The position numbers and the translations under genes are program-made. A stretch of DNA of 64,000 nucleotides from Chromatiaceae bacterium (GTDB taxonomy: Bacteria; Pseudomonadota; Gammaproteobacteria; Chromatiales; Chromatiaceae). Positions 58,112 to 64,000 of the stretch are shown here, piece after piece. The stretch lies in the NCBI GenBank assembly GCA_003562815.1, contig PWTO01000182.1, forward strand, positions 7,703 to 71,702, read 5' to 3'. Position 1 is the stretch's first letter; each line of letters begins with the position of its first letter. The notes beneath the pieces are model-generated. The model was not told the origin of the DNA, searched no databases, and saw only the letters and a list, made by a program, of their open reading frames with translations.

Positions 58112-59983
58112 TCACAGAGCGCGCGAGGCGCGCTCGCGCTGCGCGTGCAGTGCATCGTGGATCTGTTGCGCCAAGGTCTGGCTGATGCCCTCGACGCGAG
58201 CGATCTCATCTGGCGCTGCGCGCGCCAGCTCGCGCAAACCGCCGAAGGCCCGCAGCAGGCTTTGCCGGCGCTTAGGGCCGATGCCCGGGATGCCTTCGAG
58301 CGTCGAGGTCTTGCGCGCCTTGTCGCGGCGCTGGCGGTGACCGGTGATCGCAAAGCGGTGCGCCTCATCGCGGATCTGCTGTACCAGGTGCAGCGCCGGC
58401 GAGTCGGCACCGGCGACGATCGGCGCCCCGCCTTCGGATAAGTCATCGCCCAGCCCCTCGCCCACCCCATCGGCGAACCAAAGCTGCTCGGCGCCGGCCT
58501 TGCGATCCGGCCCCTTGGACACGCCAACCAGCTTGGCCCCATCGATGCCAAGCGCGTCGAGCACGCCGGCAACCGCGCCCAGCTGGCCCTTGCCGCCGTC
58601 GATGAAGAGCAGATCCGGCAACGGGACTTCGCCGGTCTGCACCCGCCGGTAACGGCGCAACAGCGCCTGCTCCAGCGCCGCATAGTCATCGCCCGGGGTG
58701 ATGCCCTCGATATTGAAGCGGCGATAGTCCGAGGTGCGCGGCCCCGCGTCGTCGAAGACGACACAGGAGGCGACCGTGCGTTCACCCCCGGTATGGCTGA
58801 TATCGAAGCATTCCATGCGCCGCGGCAGGTCCTCGAGGTCGAGCAGATCGCGCAGCGCCTCCAGCCGGCGCGTATAACCGGCGCGGCTACCAAGCCTTGT
58901 CTTGAGCGCGAGCGCGGCATTCTTGAGCGCCATCTCGACCAAGCGCGCGCGCTCGCCGCGCAGCCGATGCTTGAGCGCCACGCGCCGCCCGGCACGCTCG
59001 CTCAGCGCCGTGGTCAGGAACTCGGCGTCGTCTGGCTCGGCATTGAGCAGCACCTCGGACGGAATCTCCTTGTCGGCATAGAACTGCGCCAGGAAGCCCG
59101 CAAGCACCGCCGCTTGATCGGCATCGGCCGGCACCTGCGGGAAAAAGGCCCGGTTGCCGAGATTGCGCCCGGCGCGAATGAAGAACACCTGCACGCAGAC
59201 GGTGCCGGCCTCCTCGACCGCAGCGATGATGTCGATGTCACCACCCTCGGCGCTGATGGACTGGCGCTGCTGTATCCGCCGCAGGGTCGCGATCTGATCG
59301 CGCAGCCGCGCCGCGCGCTCGAACGCCAGCGCCTCTGCGGCCTGCTCCATGCGCTCGCCAAGCTCGGCGATGACCTCGCCGGTGCGCCCCTCGAGGAACT
59401 TGATGCTGTGCGCGACATCGAGCGCATAGTCTTGCGCGCCGATCAAGTCGACACAGGGGCCGGTGCAGCGCTTGATCTGATAGTGCAGACAGGCGCGGGT
59501 ACGGCTTTGGTAGAAGCTGTCGCGGCATTGGCGCACCGGAAACAGCTTCTGCAGCAGGTGCAGCGTCTCGCGCACCGCCCATGCGCTCGGGTACGGGCCG
59601 AAGTAGCGCCCCTTGCCCGTGCGCGGCCCGCGATAGAACGACAGGCGCGGGAACGCATCCTGGGTGCTGAGATAGATGTACGGATAGCTCTTGTCATCGC
59701 GCAGCAGCACATTGAAGCGCGGCCGATGGGTCTTGATCAGATCGCTCTCGAGCAGCAGCGCTTCGCCCTCGGTGCGGGTCACCGTGACCTGGATATCGGC
59801 GATGCGCGCGACCATCAGCTGCAGGCGACGAGTGAGCGTGCGCCCAAAGTAGCTGCTGACCCGGCGTTTCAGATTCTTGGCCTTGCCGATGTAGAGCGGC
59901 GTGCCCTCGGCATCGAGCATACGGTACACGCCCGGTTCGGTCGGGATCTGCAGCAGTGCGGTGCGATGATCGAAGGATGTCAT
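58112..59983 (-). CDS. uvrC: Excinuclease ABC subunit C
   Basis: GIY-YIG N-terminus (PGVYRMLDAEGTPLYIGKAKNLKRRVSSYF) and C-terminal HhH (GIGPKRRQSLL). Start at MTSFDH. The track's extension is rejected. Confidence 0.94.
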   Translation of the reverse strand: MTSFDHRTALLQIPTEPGVYRMLDAEGTPLYIGKAKNLKRRVSSYFGRTLTRRLQLMVARIADIQVTVTRTEGEALLLESDLIKTHRPRFNVLLRDDKSYPYIYLSTQDAFPRLSFYRGPRTGKGRYFGPYPSAWAVRETLHLLQKLFPVRQCRDSFYQSRTRACLHYQIKRCTGPCVDLIGAQDYALDVAHSIKFLEGRTGEVIAELGERMEQAAEALAFERAARLRDQIATLRRIQQRQSISAEGGDIDIIAAVEEAGTVCVQVFFIRAGRNLGNRAFFPQVPADADQAAVLAGFLAQFYADKEIPSEVLLNAEPDDAEFLTTALSERAGRRVALKHRLRGERARLVEMALKNAALALKTRLGSRAGYTRRLEALRDLLDLEDLPRRMECFDISHTGGERTVASCVVFDDAGPRTSDYRRFNIEGITPGDDYAALEQALLRRYRRVQTGEVPLPDLLFIDGGKGQLGAVAGVLDALGIDGAKLVGVSKGPDRKAGAEQLWFADGVGEGLGDDLSEGGAPIVAGADSPALHLVQQIRDEAHRFAITGHRQRRDKARKTSTLEGIPGIGPKRRQSLLRAFGGLRELARAAPDEIARVEGISQTLAQQIHDALHAQRERASRAL

Positions 59984-59998
59984 GACGAATGGGGCTCG

Positions 59999-61240
59999 AT
60001 GCCAAAACAGTGGATGCGGCGTTGGAGCGCGCGGCTGGTCGCCACCGGAGCGCTCCCGTATCCTGCTTGGATGCGATATCCAGACTATCAAGGCGGCAGC
60101 ATCGTCAACCTGATGCAGTCGCTGATCCATGCGCGCGGGCATCGGCGCCCCGATGCCGCCCCCTATCCCGAGGCCAGGCTGCTGCCGGCGAGCGCGATCG
60201 CCAAGGCTCGCCATGTCGTGCTGCTGGTCATCGATGGGCTCGGCGACGAGTGGCTACGACGGCATGCGCCGGACGGACTCTTGGCGCGCCATCGGCTCGG
60301 CGCACTGACCTCGGTGTTCCCGCCCACCACCGCCTCGGCGATCACCACCTACCTCACCGGCGACGCACCGCAGCAGCATGGCATGACCGGCTGGCACATG
60401 TGGCTGGGAGAACTCGGCGCCGTGCTCGCGGTGCTGCCGGGCACCCCGAGGCACGGCGGTAGCGGCTACAAACAGGCGGGCATCGACCTGCGCCAACTCT
60501 ATGGTCACCGCTCGCTGTTCGCCGCCCTGCAGACGCCCTCGGTGATGGTGTCACCGCACAAGATCGCGCGCTCGGATTACAATCTGGCCCATCTGGGGCC
60601 GGCGAGCCTGCAGCCGTTCGAGGGGTTCGATGGGCTGTGTCGTGCAGTTGCCAAGGCGCTGAAACGGGCTCGGGAGCCGACCACGGTGTACGCCTATTGG
60701 CCGGGCCTCGATGCGATCGGCCACGCGCACGGGATCGAGAGTCCTGAGGCATTGGCCCATCTCGACGCCATCGAGCAGGCGCTCGACGAGTTACGGCAGC
60801 GCCTCGCGGGCAGCGATAGCCTGCTGTTGCTCAGCGCCGATCATGGCCAGCTAGATGTCCAGCCGGGCCAATTGATCGAACTCGACACCCTGCCCGAACT
60901 CGCCGACTGTCTGCGCATCCCGCTCTGTGGCGAGCCGCGCGCGGCCTATTGCTACCTCCGCCCAGATCGCGCCGCGCGCTTCGAGCGCCTTTGCGTCGAT
61001 CAGCTTGGCGCCGATTTCGAGCTGTTGCCCAGTGACACGCTCATCGCGCGCGGCCTCTTCGGGCATGGCCCACCCCATCCCCGGCTGCATGAGCGGATCG
61101 GCGATTACTGTCTGCTCGCACGCGATCGGGCCGCCTTGCATCAACACCTGCTCGGCGATCAGCCGTTCAAGCAGATTGGTGTGCATGGCGGTCTGAGTTC
61201 AGCCGAGCTGATGGTGCCGTTATGCCGCATCGCACTCTGA
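59999..61240 (+). CDS. Alkaline-phosphatase-superfamily protein (type I phosphodiesterase/nucleotide pyrophosphatase-like)
   Basis: LVIDGLGDEW, FPPTTASAITTYLTG (Thr nucleophile), LDAIGHAHG and LLSADHGQ metal-site motifs. The true start may be the ATG at 60014 or 60071. The upstream 400 aa of the track ORF is antisense to uvrC. Confidence 0.75.
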   Translation: MPKQWMRRWSARLVATGALPYPAWMRYPDYQGGSIVNLMQSLIHARGHRRPDAAPYPEARLLPASAIAKARHVVLLVIDGLGDEWLRRHAPDGLLARHRLGALTSVFPPTTASAITTYLTGDAPQQHGMTGWHMWLGELGAVLAVLPGTPRHGGSGYKQAGIDLRQLYGHRSLFAALQTPSVMVSPHKIARSDYNLAHLGPASLQPFEGFDGLCRAVAKALKRAREPTTVYAYWPGLDAIGHAHGIESPEALAHLDAIEQALDELRQRLAGSDSLLLLSADHGQLDVQPGQLIELDTLPELADCLRIPLCGEPRAAYCYLRPDRAARFERLCVDQLGADFELLPSDTLIARGLFGHGPPHPRLHERIGDYCLLARDRAALHQHLLGDQPFKQIGVHGGLSSAELMVPLCRIAL

Positions 61241-61297
61241 CTCAACAGGCGCCGCTCGCGCGCTGCCGCAACCTCACGCTTAAAAGAGGACGCATCG

Positions 61298-61582
61298 ATG
61301 GCTGAACTCTTCGCCTCTGGCCGGATCATCGATATCATCCTGATCCTCGTCTTGCTAGAGATGGCGGTACTGGCGCTCGCCCACCGCATGACCAACCGCA
61401 CGCCCCGGTTAACGACGCTGTTACCCAACCTCGCGGCCGGGTTCCTGTTGCTGCTGAGTCTGCGCGTTTCCATCGCCGATCTGGGCTGGGTGTTTATCGC
61501 CTTGCCACTCGGGCTTGCACTGCTGGCGCATGTCTTCGATCTGGCTGGACGTTGGCCCAAGCATGAACCGAATCGCGAGTGA
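61298..61582 (+). CDS. Small three-TM membrane protein, hypothetical
   Basis: 94 aa, hydrophobic helices. Followed by the bidirectional terminator. Confidence 0.45.
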   Translation: MAELFASGRIIDIILILVLLEMAVLALAHRMTNRTPRLTTLLPNLAAGFLLLLSLRVSIADLGWVFIALPLGLALLAHVFDLAGRWPKHEPNRE

Positions 61583-61600
61583 GAACGCTCATGCACGCAT

Positions 61601-61627
61601 AAAAAAAGCAGCTGTCTAGCTGCTTTT
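61601..61627. terminator. Bidirectional intrinsic terminator (strong for the minus-strand puf operon)
   Basis: A7 run, stem AGCAGCT (61607-61613), loop GTCT, stem AGCTGCT (61618-61624), then T4. On the minus strand the stem is followed by T7. Confidence 0.7.
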
Positions 61628-61697
61628 AACGCGCTGCGCTGGGGCACGTGTAGGGACGCGTGGCCCAGCGCTCTCCCGAGAGAGACTGCCTCGACTG

Positions 61698-61880
61698 TTA
61701 GACGAGGCCGATCTGCTGGGATTCAACCTGGCTGGTGACCGGCGGAATACCGTCGCTGAGCCAGTTAAAATCAGCACTGCTGAGCAGGATGAAGTGGATC
61801 AGCAAGCCCAGTACGGCCAAAAAAACACTGATGGCTAACAGAACGCCGCGCGGATCGAAAATTTGCCAGAGCTTATGCAT
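61698..61880 (-). CDS. pufA: Light-harvesting 1 alpha polypeptide (distal copy, pufA3-like)
   Basis: [40 protein letters not shown], with the BChl-ligand His in LIHFIL. 60 aa. Confidence 0.9.
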   Translation of the reverse strand: MHKLWQIFDPRGVLLAISVFLAVLGLLIHFILLSSADFNWLSDGIPPVTSQVESQQIGLV

Positions 61881-61971
61881 TGTGAGATTCCTCTCGTTAA
61901 TCGCTATGATGGCGAGGACCATGGAAAGCCCGTGGTGCTCGCGATATCAGGTGTCGCAAGCGCGTCAGCCC

Positions 61972-62115
61972 TTACAGCCAGGGGCGCCACAACCAGGCCA
62001 AGACATGGGCGAGAACGACCACGCCAAAAAAGGCGGTCATGCTCGAGGTGAAGATGCCGTGGAATTCCTGGGCCTCTTCTTCGGTCAGTCCGGTCAGGCT
62101 CTTAGGGTCGGCCAT
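61972..62115 (-). CDS. pufB: Light-harvesting 1 beta polypeptide (distal copy, pufB3-like); below the ORF-track size cut-off
   Basis: Hand translation gives [47 protein letters not shown], stop TAA. GGAGG RBS upstream. Confidence 0.9.
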   Translation of the reverse strand: MADPKSLTGLTEEEAQEFHGIFTSSMTAFFGVVVLAHVLAWLWRPWL

Positions 62116-62229
62116 GGATTTAACCTCCGGTTTTCTAAAAGGGCCTCTCGGCCATTGACCGCGTACACCCCCGCGGCGGGGTTGCCCTTCCGGGCTTGCC
62201 GCACCAAGCGTTTTACCCGGTGTCGACTT

Positions 62230-62246
62230 GCACCAACAGTTGGTGC
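62230..62246 (-). promoter_or_regulatory. Intercistronic hairpin between pufA2 and pufB3
   Basis: GCACCAA-CAG-TTGGTGC, a perfect 7-bp stem. A second stem GATCGA/TCGATC lies at about 62260-62280. Confidence 0.4.
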
Positions 62247-62288
62247 TTCGATAACAGCCGATCGACGACTGCCATCGATCACATCATT

Positions 62289-62480
62289 TTAGTTCATCGT
62301 CCGCGTCGGCGGCATCGCCGACATGCTCGACTCAGGTGCCTCGACTGCAGCCCCTCCAATCCAGTTGAAGTCCTTGGACCCCAGCAAGATGAAGTGGATC
62401 AACAGTGCTAACACGAACAGAAAACTGAACAGTGCCATCAGAGTGCGGCGCGGATCGAATAGCTGCCAAATACGATGCAT
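62289..62480 (-). CDS. pufA: Light-harvesting 1 alpha polypeptide (pufA2-like)
   Basis: [40 protein letters not shown]. 63 aa. Confidence 0.9.
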   Translation of the reverse strand: MHRIWQLFDPRRTLMALFSFLFVLALLIHFILLGSKDFNWIGGAAVEAPESSMSAMPPTRTMN

Positions 62481-62563
62481 GGAATGTCTCCTGGTGAGGT
62501 GTGAAAACAGGTCCGAGACGCTGTTTTCACACCAGAATGTGACTCAGCTTAATCAGCTTCAGC

Positions 62564-62707
62564 CTACAGCCAAGGACGCCAAAGCCATGCCAGCACGTGA
62601 GCAAGAACGACGACGCCAAAGAACGCAGTCATGCTGGATGTGAAGATACCGTGGAACTCTTGGGCTTCCTCTTCGGTCAGGCCCGTCAGGCTCTTGTTGT
62701 CAGCCAT
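62564..62707 (-). CDS. pufB: Light-harvesting 1 beta polypeptide (pufB2-like); below the ORF-track size cut-off
   Basis: Hand translation gives [47 protein letters not shown], stop TAG. It differs from the other copy by one residue (N4/P4) plus synonymous changes. Confidence 0.9.
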   Translation of the reverse strand: MADNKSLTGLTEEEAQEFHGIFTSSMTAFFGVVVLAHVLAWLWRPWL

Positions 62708-62756
62708 GGAAATCACCTCTGTCGTTTTTCAGGTTTGACCTTGCGGTCATTGGGTT

Positions 62757-62786
62757 CCGCCCAACTGGGCGGGGTGATCCATCACC
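62757..62786 (-). promoter_or_regulatory. Intercistronic hairpins between pufC and pufB2
   Basis: CCGCCC-AACT-GGGCGG (62757-62772), immediately followed by GGTGAT-CC-ATCACC (62773-62786). Confidence 0.4.
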
Positions 62787-62796
62787 CTGGATATTC

Positions 62797-64000
62797 CTAC
62801 CGAGTCTGTGGTGCCGGCGGATACTGCAGTGGAGCCGGCGGATAACGCATCATCGACGGCGGCGGATACTGCAGCTGTGGCCGATACTGCTGTGGCTGCT
62901 GCTCCGTCGGTGCCTCGGCTTGGGCGTCGGTGGCCGCAGGTGCCGACTCGTCGGCTGCCGCCTCCGGTGCTGGCGCGCTCGCCTCCTCGGCGTCGGCCTG
63001 CTCATCGCTCGCCGTGGCGTCTTCCGCTGGCGCCGCTTCCTCAGTCGCTTCCTCAGCCTCAGTCGCCTCCTCAGCCGGTGCCGCTGCTTCCTCGGCGGGT
63101 ACGGCGGCTTCCGTTGGCGCGGCGTCCTCGGTCACGTCCTCTGCGGGTGCGGCTTGGGTGTCTTCCGGTGCGCCCGCTGCGTCCTCGGCAGCCTGCGCGG
63201 CGGCGGCTAACCCACCTTCAGGGATCGGTCCCTGTAGGGAAGGATAGTCCTTGACCATCGGCGCACCATAGAGCGGCTTGTAGGCGCCCTGATGGCAGGT
63301 GGTGCAGTACACCTTGTAGACGTCACCCAGGGGGCCGCGACGCGACTCCGGCAGGACATCCGACAGCGGCACGACCCATTCGTTGTTCAACTCCCTGACA
63401 TGGCGAATCGCGTACCAAGCGGTGGTGCGCTGAGGCGTGCTCTGATCCCAAGCGTAGAACGACCGTGAGTTATGGCAATAGGTGCAGTTGACGCCAAGTG
63501 CATCGGACATGTGCATCATCAAGCCATAGGTCCATTCCGCCTGCTTGATCGAACGCCGATTGCCCTGCGGCAGCGCTGTTTCGCCAATGACGCGAATATC
63601 ATTGTCTTGCAGCAGGAAGGGCGTGAACGGGTCATAGGGCAGCGCTGAATAGGCCACGGTAGACGATGCAATATTCTGCCCCGTCGGCGCCAAGGCCGTT
63701 GGCTGACCCGGACCTGGATCGCTGGTCCAAACGTACTCCGGTACCGGATTGCCGCGATGGCAGGTGTAGCAGGTGACACCGGTATCCGCCACATGGTCCT
63801 TCCAATTGGCGTTGGTATCCTGGGTCATCTGGAGCATCTTGCGCGAGGCGATCTTGGTATAGATCCCGTCTTCCTCGAACCCACCGTCACTGACGTGGCA
63901 GTAGTAGCAGCCTTGCTCGGGAGCAACCCAATTGGTCAGTGCCACCATCAAGCGGTTGAACTCATTGACCGTGAGATCACCCAGCACCTGGACGTTTTTA
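62797..64000 (-). CDS. pufC: Photosynthetic reaction-centre tetraheme cytochrome c subunit (5' end outside the window) with a long acidic low-complexity C-terminal tail
   Basis: Four CxxCH motifs (CYYCH, CYTCH, CTYCH, CTTCH). The frame stays open to the window edge. Followed by pufBA pairs. About 144 aa of A/E/P/T-rich tail ends in QYPP/RYPP repeats. Confidence 0.9.
   Translation of the reverse strand, partial: KNVQVLGDLTVNEFNRLMVALTNWVAPEQGCYYCHVSDGGFEEDGIYTKIASRKMLQMTQDTNANWKDHVADTGVTCYTCHRGNPVPEYVWTSDPGPGQPTALAPTGQNIASSTVAYSALPYDPFTPFLLQDNDIRVIGETALPQGNRRSIKQAEWTYGLMMHMSDALGVNCTYCHNSRSFYAWDQSTPQRTTAWYAIRHVRELNNEWVVPLSDVLPESRRGPLGDVYKVYCTTCHQGAYKPLYGAPMVKDYPSLQGPIPEGGLAAAAQAAEDAAGAPEDTQAAPAEDVTEDAAPTEAAVPAEEAAAPAEEATEAEEATEEAAPAEDATASDEQADAEEASAPAPEAAADESAPAATDAQAEAPTEQQPQQYRPQLQYPPPSMMRYPPAPLQYPPAPQTR

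Noticed and set aside
58793-59998. N-terminal ~400 aa of the 815-aa plus-strand ORF
   Set aside because: This part is antisense to uvrC and has no protein-like features. Only the portion from about 59999 onward (the alkaline-phosphatase-superfamily motifs) is credible.
59983-59999. Only ~15 nt between the divergent uvrC and phosphatase-family start codons
   Set aside because: This is most likely an artefact of choosing the most upstream ATG for the plus-strand gene. ATGs at 60014 and 60071 give a normal divergent spacer.
62800-63230. Repetitive DNA (ggcggatactgcag-type repeats, GC-rich short periodicities); considered as a tandem-repeat or CRISPR-like array
   Set aside because: The repeats are in-frame coding repeats of the PufC low-complexity tail (QYPP and A/E/P motifs). 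There is no repeat-spacer architecture. No CRISPR array is present anywhere in the window.

Overview
High-GC (>60%) gammaproteobacterial chromosome segment, almost certainly from a purple sulfur bacterium (Chromatiaceae). It carries the 3' end of a puf photosynthesis operon (pufC followed by two tandem LH1 beta/alpha pairs) and the dissimilatory sulfite-oxidation cluster sat-aprM-aprB-aprA. Recognisable housekeeping genes are rlmB, rnr, tRNA-Leu(CAG), sdhCDAB-sdhE, cysC, recC-recB, tyrA-hisC-pheA-serA-serC-gyrA and uvrC. The standout feature is a roughly 10.8 kb, translationally coupled, 12-gene operon (27735-38494, minus strand). Its order is MrpE-F-G-DUF4040-MrpB-MrpC-(MrpD-MrpD fusion)-NuoH-NuoB-NuoC-NuoD-NuoI, which matches the archaeal Mbx/MBS respiratory complex. 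Two things differ here: the NuoI-like ferredoxin is fused to a GltD/NfnB/SudA-type NAD(P)H flavoprotein, and the NuoD-like catalytic subunit keeps only the N-terminal CxxC of the NiFe site. A second candidate system is a four-gene minus-strand cluster next to the tRNA: secreted trypsin-like protease, membrane protein, MoxR-type AAA+ ATPase, and a vWA protein whose metallopeptidase motif is degenerate (HQxxH). Smaller oddities: an AT-rich hairpin-dense island between two antiporter-subunit genes; recC-recB with no recD; a frameshifted, cysteine-less DksA-like gene; a long acidic low-complexity tail on PufC; and several small orphan ORFs near aprA. Many long ORFs in the supplied track are antisense artefacts of the high GC content and were rejected.
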